Shown here piece by piece: positions 1-11,347 of a DNA stretch of 64,000 nucleotides. Source of the stretch: an uncultured Clostridia bacterium. GTDB taxonomy: Bacteria; Bacillota; Clostridia; TANB77; CAG-508. The notes under the pieces were generated by a model that worked only from the letters and a program-made list of their open reading frames with translations, searched no databases and was not told where the DNA came from. The stretch spans positions 1,210 through 65,209 of the forward strand of contig CAKOTF010000003.1 of NCBI GenBank assembly GCA_934120045.1. Reading direction: 5' to 3'. Position 1 is the stretch's first letter. Each line of letters begins with the position of its first letter. The position numbers and the translations under genes are program-made.

Positions 1-1
1 C

Positions 2-946
2 ACAATAAGAGAAAAATTAGCACTATTTTGTAATGTAAGAAAAAGTAGTGTAATACAAAATAAAACAGCAGATAATTTATATGCAGTTCCACTAATGCTT
101 GAAGAAGAAGGGTTAGCCAGAGAAGTATGTAATCATATGAGATTAGATAGATATGTTCCAGATAATACAGAATGGCAAAAAATGATAGATAATATAAGAA
201 GCATAGGAAATGAATCTGTAAATATAGGAATAGTAGGAAAATATATTCAATTAGAAGATTCATATTTGTCAGTAATAGAAAGTTTACATCATGCAGGATT
301 TGCCAATAAGGTAAAAGTTAACATTAAATTAATAGATTGTGAAACAATAAATAAAGAAACAGCCCAAGAAAAATTAAAAGGATTGCAAGGAATAATAGTT
401 CCAGGTGGATTTGGAAATAGAGGAATAGAAGGAAAAATAGAAACAATTAGATATGCAAGAGAGAATAAAATTCCATTCTTAGGAATATGTTTAGGTATGC
501 AAATGGCAGTTATAGAATTTGCAAGAAATGTATTGGGACTAAAAGATGCAAATTCAGCAGAATTTAATGAATCTACTGCAAATCCAGTTATACATATAAT
601 GGATGATCAAATAGGAATAGATAAAAAAGGTGGAACAATGCGTTTAGGAGCATATCCATGTATATTAAAAGAAGGAACATTAGCAAAAGAATTATATGGA
701 AAAGAGCAAATTTCAGAAAGACACAGACATAGATATGAATATAATAATGAATATAAAGAAAGATTAGAAAAAGCAGGTTTAATATGTTCTGGAACATCAC
801 CAGATGGAAAATTAGTTGAAATAGTAGAATATAAAGAACATCCATATTTTATAGCAGGACAATTCCATCCAGAATTAAAATCAAGACCTAATAGACCAGC
901 ACCATTATTTGTAGGATTGGTTAAAGCAGCTAAAAATATTAAATAA
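2..946 (+). CDS. pyrG: CTP synthase, C-terminal glutamine amidotransferase part (5' end lies outside the window)
   Basis: The frame is open from the window edge. GATase class I motifs are visible (GICLGMQ, HRHRYE, GQFHPE). Protein length and order fit a PyrG C-terminus. Confidence 0.9.
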   Translation, partial: TIREKLALFCNVRKSSVIQNKTADNLYAVPLMLEEEGLAREVCNHMRLDRYVPDNTEWQKMIDNIRSIGNESVNIGIVGKYIQLEDSYLSVIESLHHAGFANKVKVNIKLIDCETINKETAQEKLKGLQGIIVPGGFGNRGIEGKIETIRYARENKIPFLGICLGMQMAVIEFARNVLGLKDANSAEFNESTANPVIHIMDDQIGIDKKGGTMRLGAYPCILKEGTLAKELYGKEQISERHRHRYEYNNEYKERLEKAGLICSGTSPDGKLVEIVEYKEHPYFIAGQFHPELKSRPNRPAPLFVGLVKAAKNIK

Positions 947-976
947 ATTATTCTAATATAAGAAAGGAAAAAGTTT

Positions 977-1498
977 ATGAATAATGAGTTTGAAAAATGG
1001 CAAGAAAAGTGTAAAGAATCAGGAAATAAAAGAAATGATTATTTGACTTGGGACGAATACTTTATGGCAATTGCAAAACTATCATCAAAAAGAAGTAAAG
1101 ATCCTAATACACAAGTTGGAGCATGTATTGTAAGTAATGATAATAGAATATTATCAATAGGATATAATGGAGCACCAAATGGATTTGAAGATGAAAATTT
1201 TCCATGGGCAAGAGATGGAGAAAAAATTTATACAAAATATCCATATGTATGTCATGCAGAAATGAATGCAATTTTAAATTATAGAGGAACAAAAAAAGAA
1301 TTTGAAAATGCAAAAATATATGTAGACTTATTTCCATGTAATGAATGTGCAAAATTAATAATTCAATCAGGAATAAAAGAAGTAATATATTTGTCAGATA
1401 AGTATAATGGAACAGATGAAAATATTGCATCAAAAAGATTATTTGACACATGTAAAGTTAAATATAAACAGATTGAATGTAAAGAAATAACAATTTAA
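977..1498 (+). CDS. dCMP/cytidine deaminase family protein (ComEB-like dCMP deaminase)
   Basis: Zinc-binding deaminase motifs HAEMNAI and PCNECAKLI in a 173-aa protein. Confidence 0.8.
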   Translation: MNNEFEKWQEKCKESGNKRNDYLTWDEYFMAIAKLSSKRSKDPNTQVGACIVSNDNRILSIGYNGAPNGFEDENFPWARDGEKIYTKYPYVCHAEMNAILNYRGTKKEFENAKIYVDLFPCNECAKLIIQSGIKEVIYLSDKYNGTDENIASKRLFDTCKVKYKQIECKEITI

Positions 1499-1608
1499 TA
1501 AAAATAGACTTATAGTTTGAAAATACTCAAATTATGGGTCTATTTTTTATATAATGAACATATAATTATTATGAATGTGAAGATTTTGTGAAAAATAAAT
1601 AAAACTAT

Positions 1609-1637
1609 TGACAAAGGAAAAAATAGGGTATATATTA
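1609..1637 (+). promoter_or_regulatory. sigma-A-type promoter for groES-groEL (ttgaca-17-tatatt)
   Basis: Near-consensus -35 and -10 hexamers with a 17-nt spacer, immediately upstream of the CIRCE element. Confidence 0.5.
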
Positions 1638-1992
<355 letters not shown>

Positions 1993-2027
1993 AAAAATTA
2001 TATTAACAAATAATTTTAGGAGGTTGA

Positions 2028-3671
<1,644 letters not shown>

Positions 3672-3700
3672 TAAAACATTATACAAAAGTGTCGAAAAAA

Positions 3701-3728
3701 GCAACAAATTTAGTTTTGTTGCTTTTTA
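3701..3728 (+). terminator. rho-independent terminator of groESL
   Basis: A gcaacaaa / tttgttgc stem followed by a T-tract. Confidence 0.6.
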
Positions 3729-3759
3729 TATAAAAAAATGACTTGTATGTATACATAAC

Positions 3760-3795
3760 TTGCAAAAAAAGTAAAAATATGGTATAATAGTTCTA
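3760..3795 (+). promoter_or_regulatory. putative promoter (ttgcaa-17-extended -10 tatggtataat)
   Basis: An extended -10 (TGnTATAAT) and a -35-like hexamer sit upstream of the GC-rich small ORF/RNA. Confidence 0.45.
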
Positions 3796-3828
3796 TCATG
3801 ATGGCTGTATGCCAAGGAGGTAAATTTC

Positions 3829-3972
3829 ATGATTAAATATGATGCTATCGTTGGGTTTTATTATGTGGATATGACCGGACAGGTTATGTCTGCAGAAATC
3901 TTCAAGCTGAATCAGGTGGCTCACGAATTGAACAGAAATCTGATCAGGCTCAGAGAGCTCAGCGCAAGTTAA
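3829..3972 (+). CDS. GC-rich 47-codon small ORF (MIKYDAIVGFYYVDMTGQVMSAEIFKLNQVAHELNRNLIRLRELSAS), or alternatively a structured small RNA
   Basis: A perfect RBS (aaggaggt) sits 8 nt before the ATG, a strong promoter lies upstream and an intrinsic terminator follows directly. The codon usage has G/C-ending codons, unlike all the neighbouring genes. It is too short to appear in the ORF track. Confidence 0.35.
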   Translation: MIKYDAIVGFYYVDMTGQVMSAEIFKLNQVAHELNRNLIRLRELSAS

Positions 3973-3996
3973 AGAACCAACAATATCCCTGGCAAG

Positions 3997-4025
3997 GGAC
4001 CCAAGCAGTGCTTGGGTCCTTTTTA
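3997..4025 (+). terminator. rho-independent terminator (ggacccaagc-agtg-cttgggtcc then TTTTT)
   Basis: A GC-rich perfect stem followed by a T-tract. Confidence 0.6.
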
Positions 4026-4072
4026 TATAGTAGGAAAGTTCTCCTTGTAGGAGGACTTTCTGTACTAGATAA

Positions 4073-4137
4073 ATATGGCGAGTCTTAGATTTTATTAAAA
4101 TTCTCATTTGATAGAAAATCTTATACTCGCTTTTTTA
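4073..4137 (+). repeat. copy A of a conserved roughly 65-bp hairpin repeat (aaatatggcgagtct...actcgctttttta)
   Basis: About 90% identical to 20843..20912. It forms a long imperfect hairpin followed by a T-tract and is terminator-like. Confidence 0.5.
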
Positions 4138-4162
4138 CATAAAAAATCACAAAAATTTCATT

Positions 4163-4191
4163 GACAATTCAAATTATTATCCTTATAATTA
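4163..4191 (+). promoter_or_regulatory. promoter of pflB (ttgaca-17-tataat)
   Basis: Consensus -35 and -10 hexamers with a 17-nt spacer. Confidence 0.5.
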
Positions 4192-4230
4192 GTATGGCAA
4201 AAGAATAAAAATGTAATACAATAAACAAAT

Positions 4231-6498
4231 ATGGAAAAAATAAAAATGGAGGTAATAAAAATGGATTTTGAACAATGGAAAGGCTTTGAAAAAGGCGAAT
4301 GGAAAAGAAAAATCGATGTAAGAAATTTCATTCAAAAGAACTATACACCATATGAAGGAAATGCAACATTTTTAACAGGAACAACAGAAAAAACAAAAAA
4401 ATTATGGGATGAAGTATTAAAATTATATGAAAAAGAAAGAAATTCAAATGGTTCAGTATTAGATATAGATACAAAAACAATATCAACAGTATCAGCACAT
4501 GAAGCTGGATATATAGATAAAGACTTAGAAGAAATAGTAGGATTACAAACAGATGCACCATTAAAAAGAGCAATAATGCCTTATGGTGGGATTAAAATAG
4601 TAGAAAAATCATGTGAAGCTTATGGAAGAGAAGTAGACCCAGAAGTTGACAAAATATTCCATACAGTAAGAAAAACACACAATGATGGAGTATTTAGTGT
4701 ATATACACCAGATATAAGAGCTGCAAGAAGTGCACACTTAATTACAGGACTTCCAGATGGATATGGAAGAGGAAGAATAATTGGAGATTACAGAAGAGTA
4801 GCACTATATGGTGTTGATGAATTAATTAGAGAAAAACAATTAGATTTAGAAGAATTAGATGTAGATGAATTTACAGAAGATGTAATAAGAGAAAGAGAAG
4901 AAATCTATGAACAAATAAAAGCATTAAACGAATTAAAAGCAATGGCTGCAAAATATGGATTTGATATATCAAGACCAGCTGGAAATGCAAAAGAAGCAAT
5001 ACAATGGTTATATTTTGGATATTTAGGAGCAATAAAAGATCAAAATGGTGCTGCAATGAGTATTGGTAGAACATCAACATTTTTAGATATATATATAGAA
5101 AGAGATTTCAAAAATGGAACATTAACAGAAGAACAAGCACAAGAATTAATGGATCATTTTGTAATGAAATTAAGATTAGTAAGATTTTTAAGAACACCAG
5201 AATACAATGAATTATTTAGTGGAGATCCAGTTTGGGTAACAGAAAGTATTGGTGGTATGGGAGTTGATGGAAGAACATTAGTAACAAAGAACTCATTCAG
5301 AATTTTACACACACTAGAAAATTTAGGACCTGCACCAGAACCAAATTTAACAGTATTATGGTCAACAAGATTACCAGAAGGATTTAAACGTTATACAGCA
5401 AACTTATCAATCAAAACATCTTCAATTCAATATGAAAATGATGATGTAATGAGAACAACATTAGGTGATGATTATGGAATTGCTTGTTGTGTATCACCAA
5501 TGAAGATAGGAAAACAAATGCAATTCTTTGGAGCAAGAGCAAATTTAGCAAAAACATTATTATATGCAATAAATGGTGGAAAAGACGAAAAATCTGGAAA
5601 ACAAGTAGCTCCAAGATTTGAACCAATAACATCAGAATATCTAGATTATGATGAAGTTATGGTAAAATTTGATCAAATGATGGATTATGTAGCAAAAATT
5701 TATATAAAAGCATTAAATGCAATACACTATATGCATGATAAATATTCTTATGAAGCAATAGAAATGGCTTTACATGATAAAGATGTAATAAGAACAATGG
5801 CATGTGGTATAGCTGGACTTTCAGTAGTTGCAGACTCATTATCAGCAATTAAATATGCAAAAGTAAAAGTTATAAGAGATGAAAACGGATTAGCAGTTGA
5901 CTATGAAATTGAAGGAGATTATCCAAAATTCGGAAATGATGATGACAGAGTTGATCAAATAGCTGTTGATGTTGTAACACAATTTTTAAGAAAATTAAAG
6001 AAACATCCTGCATATAGAGGGGCAAAACAAACATTATCAATATTAACAATAACATCAAATGTTGTATATGGAAAAGCAACAGGAAATACACCTGATGGAA
6101 GAAGAGCAGGAGCTCCATTTGGACCAGGTGCAAACCCATTACATGGAAGAGATACAAATGGTGCATTAGCTGTAATGAACTCAATTGCAAAATTACCATT
6201 TGAAGAATCAGAAGATGGTATTTCATTCACATTTGCAATTACACCTTCAACATTAGGTCAAGATATGTGGACAAAAGAAACAAATCTTGTAAGTATGTTA
6301 GATGGATATTTTGCAGAAACAGGACATCATATTAATGTTAATGTATTTGATAGAGCTTTACTTGAAGATGCTATGGAACATCCAGAAAAATATCCTCAAC
6401 TTACAATTAGAGTTTCAGGATATGCTGTAAACTTTACAAAATTAACAAGAGAACAACAATTAGATGTAATTAACAGAACAATTCATGAAAGAATTTAA
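4231..6498 (+). CDS. pflB: formate C-acetyltransferase (pyruvate formate-lyase), a glycyl radical enzyme
   Basis: A 755-aa protein with the C-terminal glycyl radical motif RVSGYAV and the active-site CC (GIACCVSPM). The overall PflB organisation is present. Confidence 0.93.
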   Translation: MEKIKMEVIKMDFEQWKGFEKGEWKRKIDVRNFIQKNYTPYEGNATFLTGTTEKTKKLWDEVLKLYEKERNSNGSVLDIDTKTISTVSAHEAGYIDKDLEEIVGLQTDAPLKRAIMPYGGIKIVEKSCEAYGREVDPEVDKIFHTVRKTHNDGVFSVYTPDIRAARSAHLITGLPDGYGRGRIIGDYRRVALYGVDELIREKQLDLEELDVDEFTEDVIREREEIYEQIKALNELKAMAAKYGFDISRPAGNAKEAIQWLYFGYLGAIKDQNGAAMSIGRTSTFLDIYIERDFKNGTLTEEQAQELMDHFVMKLRLVRFLRTPEYNELFSGDPVWVTESIGGMGVDGRTLVTKNSFRILHTLENLGPAPEPNLTVLWSTRLPEGFKRYTANLSIKTSSIQYENDDVMRTTLGDDYGIACCVSPMKIGKQMQFFGARANLAKTLLYAINGGKDEKSGKQVAPRFEPITSEYLDYDEVMVKFDQMMDYVAKIYIKALNAIHYMHDKYSYEAIEMALHDKDVIRTMACGIAGLSVVADSLSAIKYAKVKVIRDENGLAVDYEIEGDYPKFGNDDDRVDQIAVDVVTQFLRKLKKHPAYRGAKQTLSILTITSNVVYGKATGNTPDGRRAGAPFGPGANPLHGRDTNGALAVMNSIAKLPFEESEDGISFTFAITPSTLGQDMWTKETNLVSMLDGYFAETGHHINVNVFDRALLEDAMEHPEKYPQLTIRVSGYAVNFTKLTREQQLDVINRTIHERI

Positions 6499-6518
6499 TA
6501 AAAGATAGATATAAAGCT

Positions 6519-6592
6519 TTAAGAATTTCTATATAATAGTAATTCTTAAAGTTATTTTTTATATAGTAGGAAAGTTATACTTTCCTACTATA
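6519..6592 (+). terminator. tandem hairpins downstream of pflB (ctttaagaatt...aattcttaaag, then the perfect palindrome atatagtaggaaagt-tata-ctttcctactatat)
   Basis: Two inverted repeats seen directly, the first followed by a T-tract. The ttatatagtaggaaagtt motif is also present at 4024. Confidence 0.5.
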
Positions 6593-6739
6593 TAAAAAGT
6601 TACAATCGCTAGCATTTTGATATTTCATCGCTTCGCTCAGAAACTCAAATCGGGCGAAAACAAATAATAATGTTATAAAGATTGACGCAATTTACATAAT
6701 GTGATATACTGATAAATAGTGTAAAAAAGGAGAATTCAT

Positions 6740-8515
6740 ATGAATATAGAAATAAATACAGATAATAATCTACTACAGAATAGAACCAAATCAACCAATT
6801 GTGATGGGTTATCAGTTTCAAAAAAAATCGATTTATTTGAAAGATATTTGAAAGAAAATTCAAATGAATCAATTCATTCTAATACTATTTTTGAAGGATA
6901 TAATATAGGAAGAATTCTTATACAACTTAGATATTTAATGAAAAATAATTTGATAAAATATAACTCTGAAGAACTTAAAAGAATGGAAAATTTAGGATTA
7001 TTAGAAAACACTAAAGAAACAATATATGTAAAAATTAAACGTTTAAAACAGTTTTGCGAAAAACATCCTTATGCATTTTCCAATATTTATAGATTACGTA
7101 AAGATTTAAATAAGAAAGAAAAAATGGAATTTGAAAAAGTTTTTAAAGATTATACTTATATAAGGGAAAGAAAATCTAGAGGAAAATTGCCCAAAAAATT
7201 AGAAGAAGAATTAAATAATAGTCAAATTGGAGGAGTATTTAAAAAAGAGGATATTGGAGAACTTTATGAGAAATATGAAATTGGTGATAAAGAAAAAAGA
7301 CAAATAATAAATGAATTTGGAAATATGGAAAAATTAAAAAAATCTTATAAAAAATATATGATAAAACTTGCTAATGCTAAAAATTATAATGAGATACATA
7401 GAATAAAAATTGAAAATAAAGAGTCAGCTATGGAAAACCCAAAAATTCCATTAGTAAGAAATTTCTATTTAGGATCTCAAAGTTTAGAAAAACAGAAAGC
7501 TTTATTGAATTTTATCTCATATATGTACGGAGAAAAATATGCTACTAATATAATATTAGGACCAGAAGTTGATGTGATTTTAGAAAAAATCTTAAGAGAA
7601 ATGTTAACAGATAGAGAAAGACATATTGTGGAATTTAAATTTGGATTAAAAAGAGAAGAAGAAATACCCAAAGAAGTAAGGAATATGAAACAACAAAGCA
7701 TGTATCAAATAATGTGTTATCAAGTAGTACGAAAAATGCGTAAAAAAGAAATAAAAGATGTTTTTTTTAATCATCTTTATAAACCATCTGAAGAATTTAT
7801 TAGAGCATATTTTAGTAAAATGGATGTTTTTGAAAAAGATAGCGAACAGTTATCAGATGAAGATAAACAAGAACTATTAAATATGATAGATGTGGAAAAT
7901 GAAAATATTGGAGTAATAGATGAAGATACAATAGAAGAAATGGCAATTGAAAACATAAATTTTTCAACCCAATTATTATATAAGGCAATGAAATATAATG
8001 GGGTAAATACAGTTGGAGATTTATTAGCAAAAGCAAGAAGTAAAAAAGATTTATTAACTATGGCATATATTGGCAATAAAGAAGCAGAAGAAATAATAGA
8101 AAAATTATCAGAATTTGGAATTACAGTTTATAATGGAGTAAAAACGAGAGAAAAAATAGGACTAGAGATAAAAAGCTTAAACTTATCACATAGATCATAT
8201 ATGGTGTTGGCAAGAAATGAAATACATACAGTTGAACAATTAGTAGAGAGAATAAAAAGTAAGGATGATTTGTTGCAATTAAGATGGATTGGAGAAACAA
8301 CAGCTAATGAAATAATAGAAAAATTGGCTGAAAATGGAATTACAATTTATAAAGATGAAAATGAAGAAGCAATAAAAATAGCATTATCAAAATTAAGAAT
8401 ACAACAAGAAAAAATGCAAGAATTAGATGCGAATATTCTTTATCTTAAGAAACAAAGAGAAGTAGGAGAACAATTGGAAAATCAATCTAAAGGAGAAGAT
8501 GATAATGGAAGATAA
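6740..8515 (+). CDS. large K/E-rich protein that combines a sigma-70 region-4-like HTH (LTDRERHIVEFKFGL...), two tandem RNA polymerase alpha-subunit C-terminal-domain-like (HhH)2 modules and a C-terminal coiled coil
   Basis: Motif recognition. LSHRSYMVLARNEIHTVEQLVERIKSKDDLLQLRWIGETTANEIIEKLAENGI aligns with RpoA alpha-CTD ([21 protein letters not shown]...LL...[17 protein letters not shown]), and the module is duplicated. A strong promoter (ttgacg-17-TGtgatatact) lies upstream. Confidence 0.7.
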   Translation: MNIEINTDNNLLQNRTKSTNCDGLSVSKKIDLFERYLKENSNESIHSNTIFEGYNIGRILIQLRYLMKNNLIKYNSEELKRMENLGLLENTKETIYVKIKRLKQFCEKHPYAFSNIYRLRKDLNKKEKMEFEKVFKDYTYIRERKSRGKLPKKLEEELNNSQIGGVFKKEDIGELYEKYEIGDKEKRQIINEFGNMEKLKKSYKKYMIKLANAKNYNEIHRIKIENKESAMENPKIPLVRNFYLGSQSLEKQKALLNFISYMYGEKYATNIILGPEVDVILEKILREMLTDRERHIVEFKFGLKREEEIPKEVRNMKQQSMYQIMCYQVVRKMRKKEIKDVFFNHLYKPSEEFIRAYFSKMDVFEKDSEQLSDEDKQELLNMIDVENENIGVIDEDTIEEMAIENINFSTQLLYKAMKYNGVNTVGDLLAKARSKKDLLTMAYIGNKEAEEIIEKLSEFGITVYNGVKTREKIGLEIKSLNLSHRSYMVLARNEIHTVEQLVERIKSKDDLLQLRWIGETTANEIIEKLAENGITIYKDENEEAIKIALSKLRIQQEKMQELDANILYLKKQREVGEQLENQSKGEDDNGR

Positions 8516-8702
8516 AAAGCAATTTTTTGAAATATATCAAAAAGTAAAAAAAGAAGAAATGAATATAAAAACTTTAGATTCAAAAACAATATTAAAAATT
8601 TTACAGATGCTTAATGAAGAAATTAAAATAAATGATAGAAGAATTGCCCAAAAAACTGAAGAATATGAAAAACTTTTAAAGATACAAAAAAAGACTTCAT
8701 AA
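8499..8702 (+). CDS. small coiled-coil protein, translationally coupled to the preceding gene by a 17-nt overlap
   Basis: A 67-aa ORF whose ATG lies inside the stop region of the upstream gene. It is followed by a terminator-like sequence. Confidence 0.4.
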   Translation: MIMEDKKQFFEIYQKVKKEEMNIKTLDSKTILKILQMLNEEIKINDRRIAQKTEEYEKLLKIQKKTS

Positions 8703-8737
8703 CTAATGTTATGAGGCCTTTTTCTTGTATTTAAAGA

Positions 8738-9238
8738 TTAATGATTATTGTCATCATCATAGTAATTAGTTCTTCTATTATTAGAAGAAGCATAATACCA
8801 AATTAAAGCAATAATAACAGCAGTGGCAATAGCAATTATAATCCAAGTCCACATAGTAGAATTCATACCTAAGAAATTACCTGTGTTTGCATCTGTTGCT
8901 GTTCTAGTAGCATTATAACCTGTAGTATTTCTAACTGCTGTATTAGCATCATTACCAATACCAGTCATAATATTATTATTATTAGTATTATTTGTAGTAT
9001 TAGTATTTGCATTATTGTTGTTATTGTTCATATTAGTCATATCATTTATTCCATCTCCAACTCCTTTTACGGCATCTTCAACAGCATTTTCAGCTCCACC
9101 AACAACATCTCTTATACCATTAACAACATTATTACCAGCATTTTGCATAGTATTTTCAGTAGCAAAACTTAAAGTGATAGAAAAAGAGAATATTATTGCT
9201 ATAGCCAAACCAATTGCAAGAAACAATTTTTTACTCAT
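8738..9238 (-). CDS. secreted/membrane protein with an N-terminal signal peptide, an Asn/Thr-rich low-complexity region and a C-terminal TM helix
   Basis: N-terminus MSKKLFLAIGLAIAIIFS, a poly-N/T tract and C-terminal IIIAIATAVIIALIWYY. Confidence 0.55.
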   Translation of the reverse strand: MSKKLFLAIGLAIAIIFSFSITLSFATENTMQNAGNNVVNGIRDVVGGAENAVEDAVKGVGDGINDMTNMNNNNNNANTNTTNNTNNNNIMTGIGNDANTAVRNTTGYNATRTATDANTGNFLGMNSTMWTWIIIAIATAVIIALIWYYASSNNRRTNYYDDDNNH

Positions 9239-9386
9239 AATGTCTAAATTCCTTTCTAAAAATTACAATTAAAGGTTTCAAAACAAAACCTTATTTATAG
9301 TATTAATTTATTAAACCAAAATATACTTGAAAAATCTTGCAAAAAAATAAAAAATCATATAAAATTAATCAAAAGGAGCAAACATA

Positions 9387-9890
9387 ATGAGAATTATAAA
9401 CAATGTAGATGACTTTAAATCATTAAAATCAATAGATTTAGAAGATATGAAAACTACTAAAATTAATGATTTAAAAAGAAAAGATGAAGCTAAAACAAGA
9501 ATAATGAAATATATTGCATATAAAAAAAGAACAGAGCAAGAAGTAAGAAAAAAATTTAAAAATGAAATAGATGAACAATTACTTGATGAAATAATTGAAT
9601 ATCTTAAAGAAGCTAGCTATTTAGATGACTATCAATTTATTAAAAAACAAGTAAATGAATATATGATGTTAAAAATATTATCAATAAGAGAATTAAAATA
9701 CAAACTTTTAGAAAAAGGATTAGACAAAAAATTAGTCGAAAAATATATAGAAGATAATAAAGAAGAACTTGAAGAATATGAAAAGAAATGTATAGAAAAA
9801 ATAAGAAGAAAAAAAGCAGGAAATATGGAAGAAGAAAAAATTAATCAATATTTGTTTAGAAAAGGATATCCAATAAGCAAATATGAATAA
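9387..9890 (+). CDS. recX: RecX-like regulatory protein
   Basis: The repeated three-helix pattern (KYIAYKKRTEQEVRKKF...ASYLDDYQF...IRELKYKLLEKGL) is typical of RecX. It is short for the family. Confidence 0.5.
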   Translation: MRIINNVDDFKSLKSIDLEDMKTTKINDLKRKDEAKTRIMKYIAYKKRTEQEVRKKFKNEIDEQLLDEIIEYLKEASYLDDYQFIKKQVNEYMMLKILSIRELKYKLLEKGLDKKLVEKYIEDNKEELEEYEKKCIEKIRRKKAGNMEEEKINQYLFRKGYPISKYE

Positions 9891-9933
9891 ATTAATTTTG
9901 GACAGAGTTGTAGCTTAAAGGAAGGAAAAACAA

Positions 9934-10701
9934 ATGCAAAATTTAATTACAATGGGAAAAATATATTCAATAAAATTAGAAAATTTTGAAGGACCATTAG
10001 ATTTATTATGTCACTTAATAGACAAAAATAAAATGGATATTTATGACATAAATATTAGTGAAATAGCAGATCAATATATAGATTATATAAATCAAATGGA
10101 AAAAATGAATTTAGATATAACAAGTGAATTTTTAGTTATGTCATCAACATTATTATATTTAAAATCAAAACATTTATTACCAAAAGTAGAAAATGAAGAG
10201 GAAGAAATTACAGAAGAAGAACTTATTAGAAGAATAATTGAATATAAAAAATATAAAGAAATAACAAAAAAATTAAAAGAAGCATTTTTAGTAAATTCAA
10301 AAAGATTATTTAAAATGACAGAAGAAATTGAATTACCAAAACAAAAAATTCAAAAAGAATATACTCCAAATATAATACCAGAAGTTTATCAAAAATTGTT
10401 GCAAACAAATGCTGAAAAAATAAATGAAAATGCTGCAAATATTGAGAAAATAGCGATAACAGAAACATTTTCCGTTGGAGATAAAGTAAAAGATATGTAT
10501 AGAGTATTAATAAAATATAAGAAATTTACATTTAATAAATTATTTACATTAAAAAAACATAGTAAAAATGAAGTTGTTACAGCATTTACAGGACTTTTAG
10601 AAATGTCACGTAGAAATAAAGTTGTAACAGAACAAGATGAATTATTTGGAGATATAGAGGTAGAAAAGTCAAAATTTCACCCAAAACAAATTGAAGATTA
10701 A
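9934..10701 (+). CDS. scpA: segregation and condensation protein A (kleisin)
   Basis: N-terminal FEGPLDLLCHLIDKNKMDIYDINISEIADQY, the ScpA hallmark. Confidence 0.85.
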   Translation: MQNLITMGKIYSIKLENFEGPLDLLCHLIDKNKMDIYDINISEIADQYIDYINQMEKMNLDITSEFLVMSSTLLYLKSKHLLPKVENEEEEITEEELIRRIIEYKKYKEITKKLKEAFLVNSKRLFKMTEEIELPKQKIQKEYTPNIIPEVYQKLLQTNAEKINENAANIEKIAITETFSVGDKVKDMYRVLIKYKKFTFNKLFTLKKHSKNEVVTAFTGLLEMSRRNKVVTEQDELFGDIEVEKSKFHPKQIED

Positions 10702-10748
10702 AAAAGAAAAAATAGGAAAAAATAATATTATAACTTTTAAGAAAAGAG

Positions 10749-11339
10749 TTGATAATATTGTTTTTTCTTTTTATATTAGGAATATTTACAATTTTGATAA
10801 TTGCAATACATACAAGTAAAATTGGTATAGATATAAAAAATCTTATAATTGATACAGATGCAGAAGAAAAAGTAAATGAAGATGGAAAAATATATGTTTA
10901 TTTATTATTGTTTAATAAAATTAAATTATTTAGAAAAAATGTAAGAAGTTTACCAATGAAAGATGTGAAATTCGAAGCAAGTGATTTTGATATAAAAATT
11001 TTTAAAAATAAAGATATAAAAATAAATTATATTGAATTGATTAGAAATATTGATATAGATATAAAAAATATAGATTTGAATGTCAAGATTGGAACAGAAG
11101 ATGCAGGAATAACTGCAATATTAGTGGGAATTTTGGCTGGAATATTGGGAATAATTATAAAAAAGTCGAAATATCAGATTTTGCCAATTTATGCAAATAG
11201 AAATTTATTAAAAATTAATCTAAATGGTATATTTACAATATATTTGATGCATTATATATATAAATTTATAAAAGACAATATAAAGGAAAGGTTTATGGAT
11301 AAATCCTTAAATAAAAATCTAAATTTTAAAGTAAGGTAA
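10749..11339 (+). CDS. membrane protein, YtfI/DUF2953-like (sporulation-associated), TTG start
   Basis: An N-terminal TM segment. It sits immediately upstream of ytfJ/gerW, as in Bacillus/Clostridium ytfI-ytfJ. Confidence 0.4.
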   Translation: MIILFFLFILGIFTILIIAIHTSKIGIDIKNLIIDTDAEEKVNEDGKIYVYLLLFNKIKLFRKNVRSLPMKDVKFEASDFDIKIFKNKDIKINYIELIRNIDIDIKNIDLNVKIGTEDAGITAILVGILAGILGIIIKKSKYQILPIYANRNLLKINLNGIFTIYLMHYIYKFIKDNIKERFMDKSLNKNLNFKVR

Positions 11340-11347
11340 GTGATATT

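Noticed and set aside
3796-4107. 103-aa minus-strand ORF between groEL and pflB
   Set aside because: It reads through two plus-strand intrinsic terminators and the hairpin repeat. The plus strand carries a promoter, an RBS and a 47-codon ORF that fit much better. No RBS precedes the minus-strand ATG.
9015-9272. 85-aa plus-strand ORF overlapping the Asn-rich secreted protein gene
   Set aside because: It is antisense to an ORF with a convincing signal peptide, RBS and terminator. The Pro/Thr-rich translation is a mirror of the Asn/Thr codons.
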